Source of the DNA: Sporopachydermia quercuum
Taxonomy: Eukaryota
Assembly: GCA_001599295.1 (NCBI GenBank)
Contig: BCGN01000002.1
Span: forward strand, 1,302,001 to 1,366,000
DNA: 64,000 nt
Direction of reading: 5' to 3'
Shown here: one piece after another, positions 1 to 10,148 of the stretch
Layout of the letters: every line of letters starts with the position of its first letter
Position numbering within the stretch: the first letter of the stretch is position 1
Program-made: the position numbers and the translations under genes
Notes under the pieces: model-generated
The model's input: only the letters and a program-made list of their open reading frames with translations
Database searches by the model: none
Told to the model about the DNA's origin: nothing

Positions 1-3000
1 ACAACGGAAGCTAAATACCGGACGATTCCGGTTTTGCCCGAATTGCTCGGTCCGACTAAAATCACGGGCCAATTAGCATTTATGCATGTGATTGTAGTTT
101 CTAGCACGTGATTATTACACTGAAGATACCGAAACTTTCCAGAAAACCAGCTATCAGAAAATCTACTAGATCGGGTGATTATTTCTCTCCCTATTTGCAC
201 TTGGGTTTGGGTAATTGAATAATAATAACTATCGGCTGGAATTTCCACATTAGGTATCACTTCCTGGAAGATCCGCTTAGCGTAAAGTCTATCCTGGTTA
301 CTTCGGAACCTTAATTTGATAACCAGGCCGAAAAATTCCCCTAATAATCCTGATCTATTTCGACTGCGCCTCAAAGTGGCTCCGCTATATAGCTTCAGCC
401 ATCTTAAAATATCTCTTAAATTAACTTCCCAGGGTCCACCTAACGATCCGAATTTACCCTTACCGAGTTCTTCGGATATTTTGGACACAAACCTAATCAA
501 TCCCGAAATTTCCTCTTCGGGTATTTCTGGGAACACATATTTCCCAATTAGGTCCAAATCTTCCTGTTTAAGTGTCTCTACAAACACAACACTGAACCGA
601 TTAACAAACGATTTTGGTAACCCTTTCCGACTTCCTCCTTGAGCTTGAGGATTCTGGGCGGCAAACACTCGGAACTTCGGATCACATCGGAATGTTCGAT
701 CAAGTTCGGGTATATAAGCTTCCGCTCGATGATCCAAACACGCATTTAAACCTTCCAAAACCGGTTGAGACGCTAAATTCATCTCATCTAGTAAAACCCA
801 TTGCCCAGATTGCATAGCTCGAAGAAACGGAGCGTCTTTCCAGACAAATTCTCCGGCAGATCCGTTTGGAGCGGGAGAGTCGGAACCAAAAAGGTCAATT
901 AGATCGGTTTGTTCCGAAAGGTTAATTCGAATAAGGTTTTGGCCGGCCGCAGACGCTAAAGCCGAGATCAACGTTGTTTTACCCACTCCCGGGCTTCCTT
1001 CTAATAAGATCGGTTTCCGGGATTGCATGGCTCGGATGACTCGGAAGGCGTTCTGGGCAGTTGTCGGGGCATTAAGGTTGAAGTTTTGTTCTAGAGAACC
1101 ATCCGAAGTCAAGCGGGGAATACAGAAATAGCCGGTCCGGACATATTCAGAGGTTATTTCTACAGGGAAAACCTTCTGAATCTCCGATCGGAAATCAGTG
1201 ACGGCTAATTCTCCGAGTTTTCCAACACAAATTCTTTTTTCGGACATCAACCGAGGAGAATTCTCGGCTAAATAACCCGTTTGGTTCGTCCCTAAAGCGT
1301 CAATGAAAACCATAAGTGCTCCATGTAATAAAGATACTTTGGGCTCAATCGTTTCCGTTTCAGCTTCCGTTTCTTCTTCCGACACGGAGTTAATAAAATT
1401 CACCCAAGCTAAAATATCTCGCAACGAAACTACCCCGCTTCCTAAATTACCCCCGCCGTACCGGAAACCAAACCATTCGGAAAATTTAACTATGGGATCT
1501 GTCAAACAAATCACAGGCGGTTTCAACCGAGCGGACACAATCTCTGCAACATCCGAGCTATCCTCCATGCTCGGAACCCAAATCTCGGTAAATCTGTTCC
1601 GTAATGCTGGAGATAGTTCCTTTTTACCGTAATCTCCTCCGGGATTCATAGTAGCTAAGAACTGGAATTTAGGTTCCGAGGTTACAAATGCATCGACCGA
1701 TCCTTTTTCGGCTAATAATAAAGTTCGCTCTGGTTCCAGTACCGAATTCAACCTTTCAAGCACGGAATCCTCGGCTAAGGAGATCTCATCAAATAGGAAA
1801 TAGTCCCCGCTTTTCATGGCTTGTACTAATGGTCCGTCCGTCCATTGGAATAATTGGGTCAACTTCTTTCTGTTTTGGGAAATTCTTTCCGCTATGGGAA
1901 TAATTTCGGGATTAGTAAATAAGTTTCCATGGTCAGCCCGGAGTTGATCGTATTGGGCATTAAGGTTCTCCTGTGTATTATCAATCAGAAACTCTAATTC
2001 AAGTTCCGAAGTGATCATCTTTATCACAAGCTCTAAATCCCGGGCTAATTCTGTTTGTATCACATCTCGGTTCCGCACTGGTCTTTGTGCTCCGATAATG
2101 TCTCCTGTCTCGGTGTTTTGCTGTCCATTCAGTACGACTAAATCACATCCGGCCTCCTCCGCAATTAGTTGACAGATTGTAGTTTTCCCGCACCCAGTTT
2201 CTCCTACAAGTAAAACTGGTTCCGAGTTTTTCAATGCCGAGCGGATCAAAACCGCCAGCCGACGCATGCTTTTAGTCCATACTACGTTTAGCCGGTTATC
2301 GGGGTTAAATAACGCCGAGAAATAGGAGCTCTCCTCCATATGTTTATAAACTTCAGGAACATTAAGCCGAACTCTCATCACATGCTCTAAAACTTCCCGA
2401 ACCTCGGCTTTTTCTCCCGCTTTCCGCACCTTTTCTGCTAATAACATGTATCCATTAAACGCTAATTCCTCGTACCCGACGGCAGGTCGGGCCGCCCATC
2501 GGAATAAGTCTCGAAGAGTAGCAAATCCATGTTTGTGCTCTAAAACTCGGCTTGCTTCCCTTCTAAGTAACAATTCTCGGTACACAGATACAATCTTCTT
2601 AGCATATGACGGGGCAATTTTACATCGGTCTCGGATGATCGTCTCTAGTTCATTTTCGGGTATATCCGAGAAATGCAGCTCTAAAAATCTATTACGGAAA
2701 GCTCGGGAAAGAACTTTCCGACCTCCGTAAACCCCCGGCGGGTTTTGAGTAGCGAAGAGCATGAATTCTGGATGGGGACGGACAATTTCTTGCGTTTCGG
2801 GTATAAATAACTCTCTGTTATCGTCCAATAACCGGTTCAGAGCCTCCAAAACGTCCGTGGGAGCCAAATTAAGTTCATCTAGCACAATCCAGTAACCGTT
2901 CCGAAGCGCTGTTACTAATGCGCCCTCTTGGAAACCGAGCCGACCTTCGGAATCGGATGTATACGTTCCAAGATATTCCTGAAGATCTGTATGTTCATGG

Positions 3001-6000
3001 TTATTTATCCGAACTACTTTATGACCTGTTTTGGCCCCTAAATAACGAATCATAGATGTTTTACCGGCAGATGTAGGACCTTGGATTAAAACCGGAAATT
3101 TCTGGCCCGCTGTTGCCCGGATGAGGTTTCTGAGGTTTGATTCAACCGAAGGTGTTAAGATATAGTTCGGATCATCGGAACAAGGTTCCGGTCCCTTCCG
3201 CAGCCAGAAATCTCTATAAAGGATATAAGACACATTAGCGTCGTCAGTCTTAGGTTTCGGTTCAATTGGCGCGGAACTCAACACTGATTTAGGGTTTTTA
3301 ACCCGATTCTTTCCGAAAATATGCGTATAAATTACCTCATGGAGTAGAACAGCCGACTTCGAATCCAAAACGGTTAATAAATTCATACACAGTGCCTCAT
3401 ATAAAGCTCGGCGTAACCCAAACTGTTCCGAAAGATCCCGAACGTACAATAAACTTCGGGTCAACGTTCGGACAGAAAAATGGGGCGGATCTCCCGCTCC
3501 GTCGGCTATTTGATGCTCTGAAGCTAACTTTTTAGCCGTCATATGCACTTCTGCAACATCGGTCACAGCAAAATCGTCTCCGGCAGTCATGGGACCGAGA
3601 TATCGGGATATAATAGCCGTTAAATCGTCGTAATTCTCATCTGGGGACCGGATATACAGTTCGGTTAACCGAGCCCGGAACCCTACCGGAAGATCCCGCT
3701 TTCCGACATCAGTTGCCGGGTTCATACAAGCGAAAAATCGGAATTCGGGATGAACCGGAATAGCTTCCACGTCACCTTTTTCTGATAATAGAAGTTTCCG
3801 ATCTCGGAAGTTCTCGGATATCAACTCCGAAATGCTCTCTAATGTTTCAGGGGCCGCTAAATTGATTTCATCTATTAGCAGCCAATCTCCGTTCCGAACG
3901 GCTTTAACTAGGTTACCTTCGGTGAACTTAAATGTGAAAGAATTACCAGATTGGGCTAATTGAATGCTGAATTCAGTAACCTTTGTATTAAAACTTTCCC
4001 ACTGTATCTTAAGAAGGGAATTTTCTCCGGTATTCAGCTTCCTTTTCTTCCGTTTCCGATCTGAAGGTTCTGCTGGTTCCGCTGGCTCTGAATCCTCATC
4101 ATTTCCGAAATTATTCTCGGAGAGAACCTCTTGTGCCATTTTAACTGCTTCTTGCCACAGCCGAGCCACATGTTTCCATTGGCCTTTCTGCATACATTTC
4201 GTTAAAACTCGGGCAAATCGTTCATTTTTCTTCCGTGAAAAGGTTGCGTTGAATAGTTCTGAAAACTCCTCTTGTAATGGGACGGCAATAATAGCAGAAT
4301 TGACTGGTTTATAACCTCCAAGAAGATCTCCGGTTTCGGTTTGCTGTGACACGTTGATTACAGTTAGGTTCTTACGCATCATTCCTGCAAGTTGCTGCAC
4401 TACCGTCGTTTTACCGGTACCAGTTTCCCCGACTAGTAATAGCGGTTCGGCTAGATCGACAGAAACGGCAAGTTGTTCCAATAGGGTTTTTGCCTGGTTC
4501 GTAAATGCAAATGAGTTACTTGATTGGGATAAAAGTCTAGCTTGCTTCGCTTGTGTTACCCGTTTAGGATACTTTCTAAGGCTCATGCGTCCGATTGAGA
4601 TGGCTTCTGAGGATTCGGAAAACTTCGGTGCATGATTAGACACAAATAAAGTGATTTTTGACCTGGGAATTTGTAAAACCTCTCCGATTTTCTCCGCTAG
4701 AACATTCCGGGCCCCAATTTGAGATAATGAGCCGGCAAAACAATCCACAGCCTCGGCAAAAATAGCATCAGATGAGGCATCAGAGATTTCTAGAGCTGAT
4801 GCCGAGGAAGGGGCAGACGATCCGCTTCCTGATTCGGTTAAAACTCTGCTACTTCGGCGACACCATTTCATTAAATCTCGGACCGAAATTACCCTATTAG
4901 AGGCTCCGCCGCGGCTTAACATTTTAAACCGAGGATTATTGTACATGCTAATAACAGCATCCAAAGTTTCAACGAACCGATCCGCCAGTTGGTCCAGAAT
5001 GGGAAATTTGTTCTGAATTATCAATTTGAGTTCTGGTTCTGTAATCTCCGGAACTTTAACTATATTCCATAACCGAAGGCCTATCATTTCCGGTATTTCA
5101 TTACTACTTCTAACAGCTGAACCTGTTCGAACCGTTGCTAATAACCGGAAGCCGGATGAAGCTTTAATGATTTCTCCTCGGCTCGGAATTGTCAATTCAC
5201 GCTTTTCTAATAAGGTTAATAGTACGGAAAGGATTTCAACAGGAGCTCGGTCAATATCTTCCACTAGAACCCATTTCCCGAGCTTCACCGCTTGTGTCAA
5301 CACACCAGGTCTCCATTCAAATGATCCCGGTACGGAACCGGAAGCATAAGTACCCAAGAGCAGTTTAACGTCTGTTTGTGTTCCGAGATGAATACTAACT
5401 ATGGTAGAAGCTGCAGGTGGAGCTATTCGAGATGCTAATTCCGAGATCAGGAAGGACTTTCCGGAACCGGCAGGTCCTATGATTAGAACCGGGTTTTCGG
5501 ACTGGATGTTATGGGCAAGATCGGATAAAACACGTTCCGAATTTTCGGTTGGGATATAAATATTTTCCAGAATTGAGCCTGAGTCTGAGCATGAGCCGAC
5601 ATTGTTTCCGTTTTCAATCTGTGAATCATTCACATTGTAAACAAGTGCATTACCAACTATTTGTAACTCTGGAGATATACTAGCTGTGGTGATTTGGGGA
5701 ACAATATTAATTCCGGTTTCTTCGGCAATGAAAAGATCGGTATGTTTATTGTTGTCGATTAAATCTCGGCATTTTTTCAGTCGTTCCGCTTCCGATAATG
5801 CAAAATAACGGAAAGATATCTGCCGGTTAGGAAACCCATCGAATTGACCTAATATTTCCGTTTCGGCACCAATAACGGCATCAATGGTTCCACATATCAT
5901 GTTTTCCGAATAGTTTAAATAACATCCGATAATCCGAACTGATAAATATTTAACCGGAACATCAGTATTAAAGAATAATGTATACATTATGCTTGGATCA

Positions 6001-6506
6001 ACTATCATTTGGAACCGATGTCGATCATATGATATTATCCGATAGATAGCGGTTAACAACTTCACAATAAATGGTTTCTGTTCCGCATTATTTCCGTTAT
6101 TATGTAGATATTGAGAGATTTTATTATGCTGATCATTTAATATCTTATCCGTTATGGCTAATAGTTCCGATGCTAATGGTAATAGTTTGGCTAAAACGGA
6201 TATTATATCAATCCATTGAGTAATCTTCTCCGCTTTAACAACAACATCATTATCCGAGATGAGTTCCGCTTTTCTAATCCTTCGGATCAGCAATTCGGGA
6301 AAAATCGGATTAAAATATCCGTAAATTACTTCCGGTTCCTCTATAGATTTATCGCTAAGTTGTTCAATCAAATTCTCGGCTGTAATTGCTGCTGATTCAT
6401 TGTTTGTGATCGTGATTGGGGCCAATCCAATGGTTTCTGCATATTTGTTGAACTCATTTAATGGTTTTTCCAATTGGAATGCAAATTGGTTGTTATTGTC
6501 TTTCAT
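1..6506 (-). CDS. MDN1: Midasin/Rea1 dynein-related AAA+ ATPase (60S maturation), 5' portion; continues beyond the window start
   Basis: Minus-strand frame starts at ATG 6506 (MKDNNNQFAFQLEKP) and has successive AAA modules: GPAGSGKS, GETGTGKT, GPTSAGKT, GETGCGKT, GSPGVGKT and GPSNSGKT Walker A motifs, plus DEINLA/DELNLA/DEISLA/DEMNLA Walker B motifs. It is missing from the ORF track, presumably because it has no stop inside the window. Confidence 0.96.
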   Translation of the reverse strand, partial: MKDNNNQFAFQLEKPLNEFNKYAETIGLAPITITNNESAAITAENLIEQLSDKSIEEPEVIYGYFNPIFPELLIRRIRKAELISDNDVVVKAEKITQWIDIISVLAKLLPLASELLAITDKILNDQHNKISQYLHNNGNNAEQKPFIVKLLTAIYRIISYDRHRFQMIVDPSIMYTLFFNTDVPVKYLSVRIIGCYLNYSENMICGTIDAVIGAETEILGQFDGFPNRQISFRYFALSEAERLKKCRDLIDNNKHTDLFIAEETGINIVPQITTASISPELQIVGNALVYNVNDSQIENGNNVGSCSDSGSILENIYIPTENSERVLSDLAHNIQSENPVLIIGPAGSGKSFLISELASRIAPPAASTIVSIHLGTQTDVKLLLGTYASGSVPGSFEWRPGVLTQAVKLGKWVLVEDIDRAPVEILSVLLTLLEKRELTIPSRGEIIKASSGFRLLATVRTGSAVRSSNEIPEMIGLRLWNIVKVPEITEPELKLIIQNKFPILDQLADRFVETLDAVISMYNNPRFKMLSRGGASNRVISVRDLMKWCRRSSRVLTESGSGSSAPSSASALEISDASSDAIFAEAVDCFAGSLSQIGARNVLAEKIGEVLQIPRSKITLFVSNHAPKFSESSEAISIGRMSLRKYPKRVTQAKQARLLSQSSNSFAFTNQAKTLLEQLAVSVDLAEPLLLVGETGTGKTTVVQQLAGMMRKNLTVINVSQQTETGDLLGGYKPVNSAIIAVPLQEEFSELFNATFSRKKNERFARVLTKCMQKGQWKHVARLWQEAVKMAQEVLSENNFGNDEDSEPAEPAEPSDRKRKKRKLNTGENSLLKIQWESFNTKVTEFSIQLAQSGNSFTFKFTEGNLVKAVRNGDWLLIDEINLAAPETLESISELISENFRDRKLLLSEKGDVEAIPVHPEFRFFACMNPATDVGKRDLPVGFRARLTELYIRSPDENYDDLTAIISRYLGPMTAGDDFAVTDVAEVHMTAKKLASEHQIADGAGDPPHFSVRTLTRSLLYVRDLSEQFGLRRALYEALCMNLLTVLDSKSAVLLHEVIYTHIFGKNRVKNPKSVLSSAPIEPKPKTDDANVSYILYRDFWLRKGPEPCSDDPNYILTPSVESNLRNLIRATAGQKFPVLIQGPTSAGKTSMIRYLGAKTGHKVVRINNHEHTDLQEYLGTYTSDSEGRLGFQEGALVTALRNGYWIVLDELNLAPTDVLEALNRLLDDNRELFIPETQEIVRPHPEFMLFATQNPPGVYGGRKVLSRAFRNRFLELHFSDIPENELETIIRDRCKIAPSYAKKIVSVYRELLLRREASRVLEHKHGFATLRDLFRWAARPAVGYEELAFNGYMLLAEKVRKAGEKAEVREVLEHVMRVRLNVPEVYKHMEESSYFSALFNPDNRLNVVWTKSMRRLAVLIRSALKNSEPVLLVGETGCGKTTICQLIAEEAGCDLVVLNGQQNTETGDIIGAQRPVRNRDVIQTELARDLELVIKMITSELELEFLIDNTQENLNAQYDQLRADHGNLFTNPEIIPIAERISQNRKKLTQLFQWTDGPLVQAMKSGDYFLFDEISLAEDSVLERLNSVLEPERTLLLAEKGSVDAFVTSEPKFQFLATMNPGGDYGKKELSPALRNRFTEIWVPSMEDSSDVAEIVSARLKPPVICLTDPIVKFSEWFGFRYGGGNLGSGVVSLRDILAWVNFINSVSEEETEAETETIEPKVSLLHGALMVFIDALGTNQTGYLAENSPRLMSEKRICVGKLGELAVTDFRSEIQKVFPVEITSEYVRTGYFCIPRLTSDGSLEQNFNLNAPTTAQNAFRVIRAMQSRKPILLEGSPGVGKTTLISALASAAGQNLIRINLSEQTDLIDLFGSDSPAPNGSAGEFVWKDAPFLRAMQSGQWVLLDEMNLASQPVLEGLNACLDHRAEAYIPELDRTFRCDPKFRVFAAQNPQAQGGSRKGLPKSFVNRFSVVFVETLKQEDLDLIGKYVFPEIPEEEISGLIRFVSKISEELGKGKFGSLGGPWEVNLRDILRWLKLYSGATLRRSRNRSGLLGEFFGLVIKLRFRSNQDRLYAKRIFQEVIPNVEIPADSYYYSITQTQVQIGREIITRSSRFSDSWFSGKFRYLQCNNHVLETTITCINANWPVILVGPSNSGKTGIVRYLASV

Positions 6507-7525
6507 TCTGATGAAACGTTGGTAATTAATTATATTATTAAAAACAGTAATGAGCGAAAAGTCGTAATATTGATAATAGTAATAGTAGTAATACAGTGTA
6601 ACAGCGACACAGTGACCCAACAGCTCGAAAAGACCGATAGCAAACAAAAGGTTGAATTTCCTAACGATAAACAAAATATCACTGAATAGAAAGAGTCCAA
6701 TTATATACTGTTTTATTTCACTGTTTCTTACTGTTTTGCTGTATGCTTTTACTGTTATTTTAATAGATTTTTATCACAGTTGTATGTCATTTGATAGTAG
6801 AAAAGTAAAAGGAATCACATTATTTTTTTTCATGTTAAAGGAAAATTTTTGTTTACTGAGAGAATCAATGGAGGNACCTCATATGGGACTCTAGATTATT
6901 TTTAAGGGAGTGTAGGAGAGATGGTAAGGCACTCTATATGTACAATATATGCATAATTTCAACTTATGACTGATTCTTACATATCCTTTGCATATTATTC
7001 ACATGTCTTAACTAGTCAAAAATTAATTACATGAAAACTAAACAAAAAAAGGCTTTGCGAATACCCAGCCATTTATCAGTCACTTCCAACAAGCTTTTAT
7101 AGGATGTACTAACCTTTCAATTAATATTAGCCTTTTTTCGCTTCTGATAATGGTATATAAATTGCATTGCTAATCATTTCATCCAGTATACCTCACATGA
7201 GACTCTATGTCACGTGAGTTTAAATTCTACCCAAATCTAGAATCCATCACCCAATTCCGGAAACTATTATCTCAGCTTAATAAAAGAGTGTAATCAATGA
7301 GTGAGGTGCCTGACATACTAATTATACCAGAATAGCCCTTATTATCCGTTTCCACTTACTCATTAATTCGAATCATCAATAATTAACATTCTTACTGCCA
7401 ATTCAATGCTGTCAGCAACACCTGATTCTCATAGCTATACCAATTCTTTTACAAGGTATATTGAATGTCTCTGAGCTACTTATCTACACATGTACAATAT
7501 AATACAATAAACAGACTGATCACAA

Positions 7526-8733
7526 TTGGTTTTCAGTTGGTTTCCAGCAAAACTGTTCAAATCTATTGAAAGATCCTTATCTAAAGCCCATATTGAATGT
7601 CCTGCTACTAATTTCAAATTACCGAACTGTCTCCTCTCCCATAATCCTGACTCAGAAGCTAGAGCTTTGGCTCTAGCTAGGTATGCTACTGTTAAGAAAA
7701 GAAGACCTTCTCGTCACAGCAGTAGAGGAGATCAAGATCCTTATACAGAAAACGGAAATCGTAGCGGTTATAGAGAGAATAACAGAAGCAGAAGAACTAG
7801 AGATTCATCGTCAAGGACAAGTTCGCGTTCTCGATCCAGACCTAGATCGAGATCGAGATCAAGGAGAACTTCAACCTCTACCACAGGAAAAACTCCAATA
7901 ACCCCTAGAACTCCTGGCTATCCTTCACCAACGGGGTGGGAAATGTTTAATAGATCTGCTAGTAATCCACAATCAAATACAGTACATAACTCTGAAATGA
8001 AAGAAAAAGCGAAAGAAGAAAAGAACACTCTTTATAACACCAGCGAAAGACATATGAGTGGAAGAACAGTAGATTTAGAAAACGCTCATGAGCAATGGCT
8101 GATAATGGTGATCGTGCTTATGAAACAAGGGGACCTTCAGAGCATGGAAGGAACAGTTTTGAAAGTAGAGAAATAGCTAGTTCTGCCAATGGTGTTGCTT
8201 TGGGTAAACGGAAACGTTGGAGATCGAGAGATGATGAATGGCAAGAGAGTCCTAGAAAAGAACCTAGATTTGGTGCTCATACGCCGGCAGCACAACGATG
8301 GAAGTCAACTGGAGGAGTTTTAAACCATGAGGATAACCCTGGGGATAACAAATATAGGAATGGCGATGATAATGAACAGAATCAGGATCAGAATCAAGAC
8401 AAGAATATGCCGGAAGCATCAGGGTGGATAAATGAGTCTGAAGATGAAGAAAATTTGTTCCCTATTCAAGTTAACTCTGGTACGGCCTTAGGAGCTCAAC
8501 AACGCATGAGTTATTTACAAGTGTTAGTAGATGTTATGAAAGTTGATGGTTTACAAGGATTTGTTCATAAAACAATGGATGAAGAAGCTTATATTGCTAG
8601 AAGGTTTTCTTCTAAGTTTAGGTATCATGATGAGGTGAGAAGGCTCATTCAACTAGTGGAAAATGGCCGTTGGGAAGAATGGTTGATTGATAAGCAAAAC
8701 GTCAAACAATCTGGTTGTTCTCGAACTCAAAAG

Positions 8734-8781
<48 letters not shown>

Positions 8782-9974
8782 TATAATGAAACGACCATCG
8801 AACAAATGTTTGATTTCTTTGGATATTCTTGAAGAGAATGAATATGTTACTACAATACCACAAGTTATAGTGGCAAAACAGCTTGAAGAAGAACGAGAAT
8901 TACAGCTCAAGAAGCAAGAGCGAATAGCAAAAGAACAAGAAGCTGAGTATAAGAAGAGAAAATATGAAGAAGCTCGTGCTGAAGATGTTATATTATTACA
9001 GAAGAAAGATGTAGCTGAAGCAACACTCAAGGCGAAAGAGAATAAGATTGTTGGTTCTCGAACGTATAATGTTTCTGTCAGTTTATTTCTCACTCAGCCT
9101 AAACATCTTGAAGATAAATCAACGGTTACTCAGAATAAAGTGAGCTGCGTTCGCTGTTCAACAAGTTTTAATCATGAACAAGATATTTGGGGAAGCACCT
9201 GTTCATTTCATTCTGGAAAATTAGGTATGTTTGTGAATTTCAATTTCAAGTTCAAGTTCAAGTGGTTGGTTAGAAGAGGTAGATTTGGTGCATACTTATG
9301 TTATTATTTGGATAGGAACTAACATAGTCGACAGAACGTAAGCATCAAATTAGAGTGTTCAGTTGTTGCCAAAGAAGCCAGGAAGCGAAGGCTGTAAAAT
9401 ATTCAAAACGCATGTGTTTGTTATGAAGAATGTTCATAAAAGGCATAACTGTATCCCGTATAGAGAAAGCACTGATTTAGTTACACCATCAACTAGAGAA
9501 GTTGTTGGAATGGACTGTGAAATGGCATATACACCATTGGGCTTAGAACTGATTAGACTCACTGTTGTAGATTTCCTTATTCGAGAGAAGTTGATTGATC
9601 GGTTGGTTCTACCAAAAGGCGAAGTTCTGGATTTGAATACTCGTTATAGCGGAGTCAATAGTTTGAACGAAACAAATCCAGATAAAGGGGGTCCTGCGAT
9701 TGATTTTGAAGAAGCACACCAGACATTAGCCTAATATGTCAATAGGGATACGATAATTATTGGTCATGCCTTAAATAACGATTTAAATGCTTTAAGGCTT
9801 GTGCATACCAAAGTGATTGATACTTCTATTCTTTATCCAATTTTCAATAGTAATAAGATGTCTTTGAAACGATTATCCGAGATGTATTTGAATCGCAAAA
9901 TCCAATCAAATACTCATGATTCGTTGGAACATGCTGTTGCTGCAATGGATATAGTACAGCTACATGTTGGGTAG
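7526..9974 (+). pseudogene. REX3: RNA exonuclease 3 (DEDDh) pseudogene with frameshifts and an in-frame stop
   Basis: N-terminal LFK..CP..KLPNCLLSH motif; CxxC..C.FH.GK / CC..GC Cys-rich domain split by intron 9225-9333; DCEM, GHALNND and HDSLEH exonuclease motifs. Frame switches at about 8095-8176, 8736-8830 and 9370, and an in-frame TAA at 9732-9734. Divergent from MDN1, as in S. cerevisiae. Confidence 0.85.
8736..8778. repeat. Poly(C) homopolymer, 43 nt
   Basis: Uninterrupted C run read directly from the sequence. Confidence 0.97.
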
Positions 9975-10148
9975 GAACAATAAGAGAAATAAAATAAGTT
10001 CTTACTTCTAGAATGATAGATGTTTTGCATACAAAAGCTATACTATTGAACAAATTAGTTAGTCAGCTAAGTAGTTATTAGCTTATTTCATCAAAGTTTT
10101 CTGCATACCTAAATATATAAATCAAAAGTTCATGGTCACGTCATAGAA

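Noticed and set aside
316..5349. Plus-strand ORFs of 67-116 aa
   Set aside because: Antisense shadows of MDN1. The same applies to short ORFs overlapping SSC1, SPF1, BCK1 and SAH1.
7209..7330. GTCACGTG as CDEI of a point centromere (also at 12044)
   Set aside because: No very AT-rich CDEII followed by a properly spaced CDEIII consensus; more likely ordinary Cbf1-type promoter sites.
8653..9093. Minus-strand poly-Gly ORF and plus-strand poly-Pro proteins
   Set aside because: Translations of the C43 homopolymer within the REX3 relic.
9732..9734. Stop-codon reassignment or readthrough to rescue REX3
   Set aside because: TAA terminates intact genes here (PHB1, SSC1, MTC3), and independent frameshifts accompany this stop.
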